A DNA stretch of 64,000 bases from positions 4,957 through 68,956 of the forward strand of contig JBDRBF010000041.1 in NCBI GenBank assembly GCA_043822925.1. Reading direction: 5' to 3'. Position numbers and translations under genes: made by a program. The stretch is from a bacterium (GTDB lineage: Bacteria; Babelota; Babeliae; Babelales; RVW-14). Below the pieces are notes generated by a model. It searched no databases. It was given only the letters and a program-made list of their open reading frames with translations, and had not been told where the DNA came from. How positions within the stretch are numbered: position 1 is the first letter of the stretch; each line of letters begins with the position of its first letter. Of the stretch, positions 1 through 9,097 are shown piece by piece.

Positions 1-1
1 T

Positions 2-373
2 AAAGAAAAAGCAAACCCCTTTGTTCAAGAAAATATTATCGAAGAATATTTTTTTGCACGTAAATGGTTACTCGTACGCTACTCAACAGCTTTTGTTATT
101 TTCCCCGGCGGATTTGGTACGCTGGACGAACTCTTTGAAATTGTAACACTCGCTCAAACAGACCACATGCAAAAAGCCCCCATTATTCTTATGGAATCTC
201 ATTACTGGCAACCAATTATTGATTGGGCTGAAACAAGAGCGTTAAAAGAAAATCTTATTACACTTGAAGACATTAAACTAATTCAAGTCGTCGATGACTC
301 TGAGACCGCTTTTGAAATTATTAATAAAAGCTTCATAAGAAAAAAAAACGGGAACCTAGATCATCAGATGTAA
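2..373 (+). CDS. LOG-family (TIGR00730-type) protein, C-terminal part; the 5' end lies outside the window
   Basis: Frame 2 is open from the window edge. Translation ...STAFVIFPGGFGTLDELFEIVTLAQT... carries the PGGxGTxxE LOG motif. The listed ORF 167..373 is only its tail. Confidence 0.7.
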   Translation, partial: KEKANPFVQENIIEEYFFARKWLLVRYSTAFVIFPGGFGTLDELFEIVTLAQTDHMQKAPIILMESHYWQPIIDWAETRALKENLITLEDIKLIQVVDDSETAFEIINKSFIRKKNGNLDHQM

Positions 374-394
374 TCGACTGAAACTTATTCCAGC

Positions 395-412
395 CTAGGG
401 TTGAAACCCTAG
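395..412. terminator. GC-rich hairpin between convergent genes, possibly a bidirectional terminator
   Basis: ctaggg-ttgaaa-ccctag is a perfect 6-bp stem. It lies between the LOG stop (373) and the secretin stop (417). There is no clear U-tract. Confidence 0.4.
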
Positions 413-416
413 ATTA

Positions 417-2843
417 TTACGCTTTACTCTTTTTTCTACGTTTGAGTGTCTCTTTACTTTTTTTGATCGTCTCAGAAGACCGATAATACGTATCTTCTTT
501 AATATTTACCATTTTGGGACGATCTTTGCCAAGTGCAAAATCATCAATAAGAGGAACTCTTCCTTTTGCAACATCTTCAAGTTTGCGTTTTACACTATAG
601 TGTTCTGGTTTAAAAAACCAACGCTGAATAGGGTCTTTATCTTTAGAAAATTCGTCGCTATTTATAATTTGATATTTTGCATAATCTAACTTTAACTGTG
701 TATATTCATCAGGAGCCCCTTCAAACTGAGGCTTAATAATACTTGGTCGTATAAAAATATATAAATTTTCGTCATCTTTTTTTTTGCTTTTCCATTTAAA
801 TAAATTTCCTAAAATTGGAATATCTCCCAAAATTGGTGTTTTAGAAATACTCATCTGTTGATTGGTTTTTTTCATACCGCCTAAAACAAGAACCTGGCCA
901 GCAAGTAAGCTTGTTTGTGTAACTATCGAACGCTTCATAGTGGTCGGAGTATCGGCGGCACTATCCGGAGTAAATTCATCAATGCATACCTCAATTTCCA
1001 AAATAACTACCCCGTCAGAATTAATATGAGGTTTTAATTTTACTTTATTCGTTGCCTTGGCCGAAACCCATGTATTTACCGTTTTTACACCTCCATCAGC
1101 CCGTTGCAAGCCGCCCTTTACTTGTCTATCTTCTCCAATTTCAACAGAACATTCTTGATGGTTATTTGCAACAACATACGGCTGAGAAATAATATGAGAA
1201 TTTTGTTGCCACAGAACACTTTTTACAAGCGCCCAAATATTCATAGACTCATCAGAATCAGAACGACCAAGTGTCATAAATGACGCATAACCATCTTTAT
1301 CACCAGATGCTATTTCAATAAACTTTGCCATAGGAATTGCCGTAGGATCTTTAGGCCGATCAGTTTTTTTCTCAGATAATTCTGCACCTGTAATATTCAT
1401 AAACTGCGTTCTATTAATACCCATACCGAGCTGTTTTCCATCTTTACTTTGCAACTGAGTACCCAACTCTTTTTCCTGCTTCTCATTAATAACAACCACG
1501 AGAACTTCAAATGCTACCTGAGCCTCAGGTTTATCAAGTTTATCGATAAATGTATTTAGACGAACCCAATCATCTTCATTACATGCAACAAGAAGTCTAT
1601 TACCACTACCTCTAACGCCTTCAGCTGCAGCTTCTGCAACGACTGTTGCATCTTCAAAAAACTTATATTTACCAACCAATATTCCCTTGCCCGTTTGTTG
1701 CCCTGCAGGAGGCTTTAAGATATCTTGCACTATTGCTTGTATATCTTCAGATTTTGCATAGCGAATTTCTTTAATATGAATTCGCGATTCAGCAGTACCA
1801 ACAGGCACATCAACATATTTGAAAATAAAGTCAGTTAAACGTTCAAGATTTTTTTCTGTCCCCAATAAAATAAGCGATTGCTTAATAGGGTCAGGAATTA
1901 TCTTTGTAGAAGACGAGAAATAAAAAGACTCTTTATGAGGCCCAACCGGAAACCTAAAACTTTTTTGTTTATCACCTTCTAATATTTTATCAAAAAGTTC
2001 TTTCACATCATGTGCATCTGCATAATTAAGACGAATAATTTTTATAGACTCTCGCAACCCACCAGTATCAAGTTCTTTAACGATTTTCATGGCAGCTTTA
2101 ATGTTAAAGCATTTTTCTTTAAGTATGACAGCCTGAAGATCTTGATTAATCTGAACGGCACCATCTTCAAGCAACTTACTCAAAATATCTTGCGCCATTT
2201 CTGGCTTTGTATTTTTGCAAAAATAAATATAGCGTACTATTAAGTCACTATCGGGTAAATTGTCAGAGTCTGTACCAGTTTTTGATGAATATATAGGTAA
2301 TGGCTGCATGCCACTTTCTTTATTTGAAACAACACGGAACAAATTATCAACTTTTACTATAGAAAAATTATTCATTTCAAGAAGCGTTAAAAGCACGTTC
2401 CAAGCACGCTCAAGCGTTAACGGATTACGTGTTGCAAGCGTAACTTTACAATTATCTAAATCTTTATGAGGCAGAATATTAATCTTTTTTTGTTCAGCAA
2501 GATAATTCATAACGCTGCCAAGTGACGTATTTTCAAAATTAAGATAAATATCTGAATCGCCCGTCTGCCCAGGAGCTAGTGGCGTTACATGTGGATGCGG
2601 CACTAATTGCATAATCGGCTGAGAAAGTGTTTTTCCTGTTACAACATTGCTCGGATTTACATCAATAGAAACGTTAGGTTCTGCAATATTTAATGGTTTT
2701 ACTGGCAAAAGTTGGGCGGCAGGAAGACTTATTGAGTTTGACGGCACTGATGGCATATCTAAAAGAAAAACAGACACGGGCATAAATAAAACTAGATATA
2801 AGACTAAAAAAAACAGACTAATTTTACGATTACTTAAAGCCAT
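417..2843 (-). CDS. Secretin, GspD/PilQ family (paralog 2, 808 aa)
   Basis: N-terminal hydrophobic signal. N0-like motif IYLNFENTSLGSVMNYLAEQKKINILP. C-terminal secretin core VLVLGGMKK...TPILGDIPILGNLFKWKSK...LYIFIRPSIIKP. Confidence 0.88.
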   Translation of the reverse strand: MALSNRKISLFFLVLYLVLFMPVSVFLLDMPSVPSNSISLPAAQLLPVKPLNIAEPNVSIDVNPSNVVTGKTLSQPIMQLVPHPHVTPLAPGQTGDSDIYLNFENTSLGSVMNYLAEQKKINILPHKDLDNCKVTLATRNPLTLERAWNVLLTLLEMNNFSIVKVDNLFRVVSNKESGMQPLPIYSSKTGTDSDNLPDSDLIVRYIYFCKNTKPEMAQDILSKLLEDGAVQINQDLQAVILKEKCFNIKAAMKIVKELDTGGLRESIKIIRLNYADAHDVKELFDKILEGDKQKSFRFPVGPHKESFYFSSSTKIIPDPIKQSLILLGTEKNLERLTDFIFKYVDVPVGTAESRIHIKEIRYAKSEDIQAIVQDILKPPAGQQTGKGILVGKYKFFEDATVVAEAAAEGVRGSGNRLLVACNEDDWVRLNTFIDKLDKPEAQVAFEVLVVVINEKQEKELGTQLQSKDGKQLGMGINRTQFMNITGAELSEKKTDRPKDPTAIPMAKFIEIASGDKDGYASFMTLGRSDSDESMNIWALVKSVLWQQNSHIISQPYVVANNHQECSVEIGEDRQVKGGLQRADGGVKTVNTWVSAKATNKVKLKPHINSDGVVILEIEVCIDEFTPDSAADTPTTMKRSIVTQTSLLAGQVLVLGGMKKTNQQMSISKTPILGDIPILGNLFKWKSKKKDDENLYIFIRPSIIKPQFEGAPDEYTQLKLDYAKYQIINSDEFSKDKDPIQRWFFKPEHYSVKRKLEDVAKGRVPLIDDFALGKDRPKMVNIKEDTYYRSSETIKKSKETLKRRKKSKA

Positions 2844-2866
2844 TGCGCGTACCCCTCTATTACGTT

Positions 2867-3403
2867 CTATTTTTCTTTTAACGTCGAAAGCGTTATATCA
2901 AACGTAATCCGCTTATTTTTTTCAGTTTTTATGTGCACTTTTTTTACATATACAATTTTAGTTTTATCTATTTCTTCCAATATCTTCACCATTTTTTCAG
3001 TCGTTTGATCTTTAAACGTAGCTGATAATTCCATTTCATCAAACTTTGAGTTAATGACATTTGGAGACTCTCGCCATCCGTCCTCAGGTTTAATATTTTG
3101 CCGCTTATAAAATGTTTCAAAATAACTATTAAGACTAAAATCTTTATTTTGAGCCAAAAGATCCGCCAACCGTACTTCTTCAGTTTGTATTTTCTCAAAT
3201 TGCTGACGCAAAATAAGAGCTTTATCTGACAATTTTTCTATCTTTTTAAAATGCATCATCAATTCATTATTTTGCGAATAAATATAATAGACTATACCTA
3301 TTACTATAACACCAACCCCCGCAAGAAAAATACCTAGATATCGTTGAAAATCTTTCTTACTCAAGTAATGAATTGTATCGGCAAGCTTTGAGATAAATTC
3401 CAT
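2867..3403 (-). CDS. GspM/PilO-like bitopic inner-membrane assembly protein (hypothetical)
   Basis: 178 aa with one N-terminal TM helix (YLGIFLAGVGVIVIGIVYYIY), then a coiled-coil-like region. It sits between the GspL-like gene and a secretin, 1 nt from the upstream stop. Confidence 0.45.
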   Translation of the reverse strand: MEFISKLADTIHYLSKKDFQRYLGIFLAGVGVIVIGIVYYIYSQNNELMMHFKKIEKLSDKALILRQQFEKIQTEEVRLADLLAQNKDFSLNSYFETFYKRQNIKPEDGWRESPNVINSKFDEMELSATFKDQTTEKMVKILEEIDKTKIVYVKKVHIKTEKNKRITFDITLSTLKEK

Positions 3404-3404
3404 A

Positions 3405-5078
3405 TTATTCTTCTTTTTTCGTAAGTTTTAAAGTGAATTGCACACCTTTTTCAGCAGCTGAATGCACTTCTTCTTCTTTGTCATCACGAACTAAAAGCCG
3501 AGAGTCATCAAAACGTTTTTTAAATTCAAAGAAAGCTTTAAAATGCTCCGCACCTTCACGTGATTTCAAAAAACCATCAACTGTAACTTCAGGCTTTCCT
3601 GCGATTTTTTCATCAATTGCAATTTCGCTAATATCAATATCAAACCGCTTTTTATCCATGATGCTGGTTAATTCAAAAAGAATATCAAGACAACGAACAC
3701 GCTCCTGGGCAAAAGGCGCACAAACTTCCTGTTTTTCTTTTAAAATTTTTTCAGCTTGAGCTATAACAGCAGCAAGCGACTTAGTTTTTGGTCTCTGAGC
3801 GCGAGGAATATTGTCTATGATCCGGCCAATTTCATTGTTTTCAATTTTGCTAACATATGCTGACAACTTACTTAATTGCAAGTAGCCCCGTACACCAATA
3901 AACGAAAGCAATATAAGCGCAAAAGAAAATCCAGCAATTAACTGTTTTTTAATTAACGGACGACGATCAAGAACAAACATTTTACGACGAAGATCAAATT
4001 CTACTTGTTCAGGTGATGGAATCGCCGTACCAAGAGCAATGGCATAATTACTTAAATTTGGGATTTGGCCAGAAATCTTATTCTGAATTAGCTTATTCAT
4101 AAAAAGCTTTAATGGATCAAATATTTCACAATGTACTTGAAGTATATCACTCGCAAATTGAGCCAAATCACTCACTTCTGCCGTTTTACCTGCAAATAAA
4201 ACTTTACTAACGCCTTTATAGTAATTTAATTTTAAACTAAATGAATTAAGCGTAAACTGAATATCATTAAAAAACTGCATCATGTATTTTTGAACAACGC
4301 GATCATATTCAAGGTCCCCCGTAGACTTAATCCCAATAGCTTTTAATTTTTTTAATACTTCTTCTTCTGTTACACTCGTATCTTTACTAATATGGTCGAC
4401 GATTGTTAATAAACCCTTTTGGATAGAACGCGTCAAACGCAATTTACCTTCATAAATAAACGAAATTTGTGTTACATTTACACCGACGTCAATCAAAGCG
4501 CTCCCTTGTTCAGTATTTTGATACTCAGGAATTTGCTGGTATAAACTATAAAGGGCAAATAAATCAAGCGTAATACTCTGTGGCTCTATGCCTGCTTGAC
4601 TAGTAATATCCAAAATACTTTGAATATCCTGATTTCTTACAGCAGCGACAAAAATATGCGAACTTTTCTGTTCTGGTAACTTTTCTGTCACTATAAAGTC
4701 AATACTTGCTTCATCGACAGAAAACGGCAACATAGACTCTATCTCATAATCAAGAACCATTCGTATACGCTCAGTATCAATAAACGGCACCACAAGTTCT
4801 TTAAAAACAGCGGCTGTCGGAATAGAAATACGAACCTGATCATAACGTTTAACCTGAGGCATTATTTTTTTTATTGCATCAATTGTACGCTGAGACTGTG
4901 TTTTTTCATCACCAGGCTCAAGAACTTCTTTAAACAATTTTTCTACTACTGTACAAGACCTTTTTGCATGCACAAGCGCTGCATACACCGTATCATCTTG
5001 CGTATCTATCGCCAAAATTCTCTGTGCATAAATACGTCGATTACCTATTCTTTCTGGAAGAAATAATTCTTTTATCAT
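3405..5078 (-). CDS. GspL-like (PilM-PilN fusion type) assembly-platform protein
   Basis: The N-terminal half has actin-like/PilM signatures (RILAIDTQDD..., ALIDVGVNVTQISFIYEGKLRLTRSIQKG). A central TM helix follows (LIAGFSFALILLSFIGV), then a periplasmic C-domain. The start overlaps the upstream secretin stop (ATGA at 5075-5078). Confidence 0.6.
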   Translation of the reverse strand: MIKELFLPERIGNRRIYAQRILAIDTQDDTVYAALVHAKRSCTVVEKLFKEVLEPGDEKTQSQRTIDAIKKIMPQVKRYDQVRISIPTAAVFKELVVPFIDTERIRMVLDYEIESMLPFSVDEASIDFIVTEKLPEQKSSHIFVAAVRNQDIQSILDITSQAGIEPQSITLDLFALYSLYQQIPEYQNTEQGSALIDVGVNVTQISFIYEGKLRLTRSIQKGLLTIVDHISKDTSVTEEEVLKKLKAIGIKSTGDLEYDRVVQKYMMQFFNDIQFTLNSFSLKLNYYKGVSKVLFAGKTAEVSDLAQFASDILQVHCEIFDPLKLFMNKLIQNKISGQIPNLSNYAIALGTAIPSPEQVEFDLRRKMFVLDRRPLIKKQLIAGFSFALILLSFIGVRGYLQLSKLSAYVSKIENNEIGRIIDNIPRAQRPKTKSLAAVIAQAEKILKEKQEVCAPFAQERVRCLDILFELTSIMDKKRFDIDISEIAIDEKIAGKPEVTVDGFLKSREGAEHFKAFFEFKKRFDDSRLLVRDDKEEEVHSAAEKGVQFTLKLTKKEE

Positions 5079-7912
5079 GGAACTGAACCCTCAGTTTTCA
5101 CAGGGATTTCTGAAAAAAACTTTTTGAGACTTTCTCTTTTCTCCTGCTGCACAGGAACTTCTTGTTGCACATTTTCTAGTTTGGGTTGGGAAAAAAATTT
5201 TTTAAGCTGCTCACGCTTTGGACTTTCAGAAATAAACTGTTTCAGCTTTTCTTTCTTATCTATCTGCCCATCTTGTACACTTTGAACACTAGTTATAGAA
5301 GCCTGTGAAAGAACATTTTTTAATTGTTCTCTACGCTCATCTAAATCAGTATCAACAACTGTTTGACCTGTATTATATATAGGCTCTTGCATAATAGGCT
5401 TTTGAGATAATTGCTTAAGTAATGGCGTTGTCCCCATTATTTCTTGTTTTTCAGGTGTTACTGGCGCCATAGGCTCTATTCTTGCTACTTTTTGCGCATC
5501 TGCCCCCGCAACAGAAACGGGACCAACAGGCATGTCTGCTTGAGTAAGTATTTTCTTATCTTGCACTGGCACCGTAATTCTTTCAGCTACTTCTTCTTTA
5601 AGCTCTTCGCGCTTTGTCTGAGATCTATAATACGGATCATTTTGCATGTCTACCGTTGTTGGCTGATAACGCGCATTGGCAAAATCAACAACTTTATGTG
5701 AATAATTTTCTGACTCAGCATCAAAGAACCAATTAAAAATTGGATCCCGAGTCTTTCTCGTCTCTACACCATTTTCAATACCCTCTGTAACTTGATGCAT
5801 TTTCATTTTGGTATACAATTCCATACCAGGCAACTGACGAGGCTTAATAATTGTTGGAGCCATAAAAACAAAAACATACGTTTTTGATATATCTCGTCTT
5901 TGTTTTTTAAATAACCACCCCAAAATTGGTATATCAGCCAAAATTGGCGTTTTTGTATTTTCATCCGATACTTTTGTTTTAACAAAACCACCAAGAACCA
6001 AAACCTGCCCATCAGCAACTGTCACCTGCGTTGTAAGATTTTTTGTCGTTTTATTCCCAGTATCTTCACGAATAAAATCATCAATGGTAAGCACTATGTC
6101 CATTTTAATAATTCCATCAAGATTTATTTGAGGGGTCAATTTAATGTTTGTATCTGCCTTAAGCGTAGTAAAACCTTTAGCTGTTGTGCTTGGATCAAGT
6201 TCCTGTGAAACACGAACCTCTTTACCAAATGATATTGTAGCTTCTTTCTTATTAGCTACCGTTAAAAAAGGCTTTGATAAAATAGTCGCATTCGTTTGAG
6301 TCTTAAGTGCCTGAAAAACTCCCCAAATATTAGCATTTTTTCCAAACGTTAATGTTGCAGCACCATGAGAAGCCGCAACTTGCCCAAGCATACGACCAAG
6401 TAAATTAAGCGGATTTGTATTATCCGGAGCAAAAGACGGACTTCCTGATATAGCTGCTGACTGAAAATTAATAGAATTTCCCAACTGTCCCTCTTTTTTA
6501 TTACGCAGAGCTCCACCGATATCTTTTATATTCGATGAATCAACCGACACAATAAGTGTTTCTATAGCAACTTGAGGCTGAGGTTTGTCCAAATCTCTAA
6601 TTGTTTTTTTTAGAAGCTTCCAGTCTTGTTTATCTGTCGAAGAGACAACAAGACGATTACCACTTTTATCTACCTTAAATTTCATCTGCTTAAAATATTT
6701 TACCCCACCGCGAATAGACCCATACTTTGCGGCCTCTGCACCCCCCTCACTCTCCGGAGCCGCAGTAACCTCCTGCAATATTTGAGCAATTTGAGTTGCA
6801 TCGGCATACTGTAGTTCAAAAATATGTAATGGCGATTCTACAGCTTTAAGTTCTGTATCAATATGATTAACAATAAAATCTTCAATTTTTTTAATAGGCC
6901 CAGCTGTCCCAAGCATTACTAAAGAATTTGTACGCGGTATCGTGAAAATTTTAATACCTGCCGGGAAATACTCTAACCCGCCCTCTGCTGCGCCACCAAA
7001 TAAACGAGCAAGCGCTCCACCTTCAGACTTTTTGGTCATCAAACCCTCAAGAAGCTCTTTCACGTCAGTTGCATTTGCATTTTTAAGCCTAAGAACAACA
7101 ACACTCTCTGACTGCCCAGACCGATCAAGCTCTTGTACTAATTTAACCGCAGATTTTATGTTAAGAGACTTATCTGTAATAATAAACCCGTTCACATCCG
7201 TTTGAGTTATTAACTGGTGCTTATCACTCAAAAGACTCTCAAGTAAAGTTGTGATTGACTCAGTCGGTAAATTTTGTAAGAAAAACACATAACGAATAGT
7301 TATGTCACTATCGGGAAGCGTTTCAGCCGGAACGTTAATATATGATGGTAAGGGTTCTGTAAGTTTTTTATCTTTTGGAATAACTTTATAAACATCGCCA
7401 ACTTGAACAATACTAAACCCAGCCATTTCTAGCACGGTTAAGAAAATTTTATACGCACCATCAAGCGTTAGGGGGTCGCGTATTGATAAAGAAATTTTTG
7501 CGCCTTCTAAAGCTTTATCTGGAATCAAATTAAATTTTTTCAGTTCTGCCATGTAGTTTACAAAATTTGATAATTCTGTATTTTCAAAATTCAAATAAAT
7601 ATCGCGCTCTTCTTTTACTTCTTGCTGACCAGTTTTTTTTATTTGATCTGAATCAGATTTTATTCGAGCATTAGATTTTAGACTTGCAGGCTGAAGAACT
7701 TCTAACTGCTTAGCCAAAACTTGATCTGACTTTTCTATTTTAGTTTGAGCCAATTGCGGCTGCACCTGAGCTGCAGAATCAACCTGAACTTGAGCTACAG
7801 TTATAGGCTGCTGCTGTATACTCTGAGCTGCTGGCATGGCACTTAACAATGGAAATAATCCACCAACAAAACATCCCACAAACAAGGCTCTCGTCTCGAA
7901 CAAAGCCCTCAT
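5075..7912 (-). CDS. Secretin, GspD/PilQ family (paralog 1, 945 aa) with long low-complexity N- and C-terminal extensions
   Basis: Signal peptide ...LLSAMPAAQS. N0-like IYLNFENTELSNFVNYMAELKKFNLIP. Secretin core VLVLGGFVKTK...TPILADIPILGWLFKKQRR...VFVFMAPTIIKP. Confidence 0.88.
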   Translation of the reverse strand: MRALFETRALFVGCFVGGLFPLLSAMPAAQSIQQQPITVAQVQVDSAAQVQPQLAQTKIEKSDQVLAKQLEVLQPASLKSNARIKSDSDQIKKTGQQEVKEERDIYLNFENTELSNFVNYMAELKKFNLIPDKALEGAKISLSIRDPLTLDGAYKIFLTVLEMAGFSIVQVGDVYKVIPKDKKLTEPLPSYINVPAETLPDSDITIRYVFFLQNLPTESITTLLESLLSDKHQLITQTDVNGFIITDKSLNIKSAVKLVQELDRSGQSESVVVLRLKNANATDVKELLEGLMTKKSEGGALARLFGGAAEGGLEYFPAGIKIFTIPRTNSLVMLGTAGPIKKIEDFIVNHIDTELKAVESPLHIFELQYADATQIAQILQEVTAAPESEGGAEAAKYGSIRGGVKYFKQMKFKVDKSGNRLVVSSTDKQDWKLLKKTIRDLDKPQPQVAIETLIVSVDSSNIKDIGGALRNKKEGQLGNSINFQSAAISGSPSFAPDNTNPLNLLGRMLGQVAASHGAATLTFGKNANIWGVFQALKTQTNATILSKPFLTVANKKEATISFGKEVRVSQELDPSTTAKGFTTLKADTNIKLTPQINLDGIIKMDIVLTIDDFIREDTGNKTTKNLTTQVTVADGQVLVLGGFVKTKVSDENTKTPILADIPILGWLFKKQRRDISKTYVFVFMAPTIIKPRQLPGMELYTKMKMHQVTEGIENGVETRKTRDPIFNWFFDAESENYSHKVVDFANARYQPTTVDMQNDPYYRSQTKREELKEEVAERITVPVQDKKILTQADMPVGPVSVAGADAQKVARIEPMAPVTPEKQEIMGTTPLLKQLSQKPIMQEPIYNTGQTVVDTDLDERREQLKNVLSQASITSVQSVQDGQIDKKEKLKQFISESPKREQLKKFFSQPKLENVQQEVPVQQEKRESLKKFFSEIPVKTEGSVP

Positions 7913-7942
7913 CGACTTTTCCTACCTATTTTTTTATACGGC

Positions 7943-9070
7943 CTATCTAACACGCGAATCATGCATGCGCATCTTCAAATTATTTAATAATCTTTCTCGT
8001 ATACGAGCTATCGCATCTTTTTGTTCTGTACTTGAATGCTGCTGCCTAAATTGTCTAATCATGTCTTCTCGTTTTTGCTGTCTACTTTGGTCAAAGACTT
8101 CCGGCTTCTTCTCTTCTGGCTTTCCACCGGTAAATATTTTTTGAGAAGCCTTACTTATCTTGGCAAATTCATACAATAAAGTTTCATCCTGGCCGCCTCG
8201 TTTGACGACTAAACTAAACTTATCACCAATCTTGCCATCTGCTATAGTATCATAAATATGTAATCTGCTCTTTAAGTCCGCTGTAGGAAGCTTATTGACT
8301 GACAATAGTATATCATTTTTTTGAAGGCCCAAAGCGCCCCCAATATCTCCTTGATCAAGTAGCCCAACTTTTAATCCAATCGGCTTACCAGTCTGATACG
8401 CCGTACCTATTATTGCTGCGCGTTCAATAAAGCTACCCAGTCCATCAATCTCGTCTTTAAAATTATCTGGATCTATTTGATATGTTCTATCTTCTATTCT
8501 TTTAACGATATACTTCCAACGCTCTTCTGGCTTAGAATTATCTTTAAGATCATCTTTTCTTAAATAAAAAATCTCTTGCTGACCATTACCCCGAAGCAAC
8601 ACAATTCTGTTACGTGCGATTTTAACAATTTGAGCATCTTTAATTTTTTCACCCAAATGATATAAGCCTTCTTTTTTAGTTTCATCTTCTATCATGGCAA
8701 CGTTTTGATTTTCATCAGCAGAAATTATAATCCCCTTAATAATTACTGTAAGAGGCGCAATAAACGACTGTTTTTGTAATTCAGGAACGGGAACGATTTC
8801 TGCCGGCTTTGGTTGTGGTACAGGAGTCACAAGCTCTTTTTTAACAAGCTCAACTTTTTCTGGTACATACGTATCAAAAAGATCTTCTTTGTATATTTTT
8901 TCCAAACTTACAGGAAAAACAGCTTCTTTTTTCTTTTCTAAATCAAGGCTCACTGTTTTTGGACGAAAAACGGGAATCTGCACTTGAACAAATTGGCCTG
9001 TTACAAATGCAACAACAAACATCATTAAAAGTGCACTGTTCAGCATCCACAATTGTGGCTTCATAACCAC
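7943..9070 (-). CDS. GspC-like protein (TM anchor, HR-like domain, PDZ domain)
   Basis: N-terminal TM (LNSALLMMFVVAFVTGQF). HR-like segment IIKGIIISADENQNVAMIEDETKKEGLYHLGEKIKDAQIVKIARNRIVLL. PDZ-like GLKVGLLDQGDIGGALGLQKNDILLSVN. Lies immediately upstream of a secretin. Confidence 0.6.
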   Translation of the reverse strand: MVMKPQLWMLNSALLMMFVVAFVTGQFVQVQIPVFRPKTVSLDLEKKKEAVFPVSLEKIYKEDLFDTYVPEKVELVKKELVTPVPQPKPAEIVPVPELQKQSFIAPLTVIIKGIIISADENQNVAMIEDETKKEGLYHLGEKIKDAQIVKIARNRIVLLRGNGQQEIFYLRKDDLKDNSKPEERWKYIVKRIEDRTYQIDPDNFKDEIDGLGSFIERAAIIGTAYQTGKPIGLKVGLLDQGDIGGALGLQKNDILLSVNKLPTADLKSRLHIYDTIADGKIGDKFSLVVKRGGQDETLLYEFAKISKASQKIFTGGKPEEKKPEVFDQSRQQKREDMIRQFRQQHSSTEQKDAIARIRERLLNNLKMRMHDSRVR

Positions 9071-9097
9071 TTACCCTTTTTGATAATGTCCCCTGTT

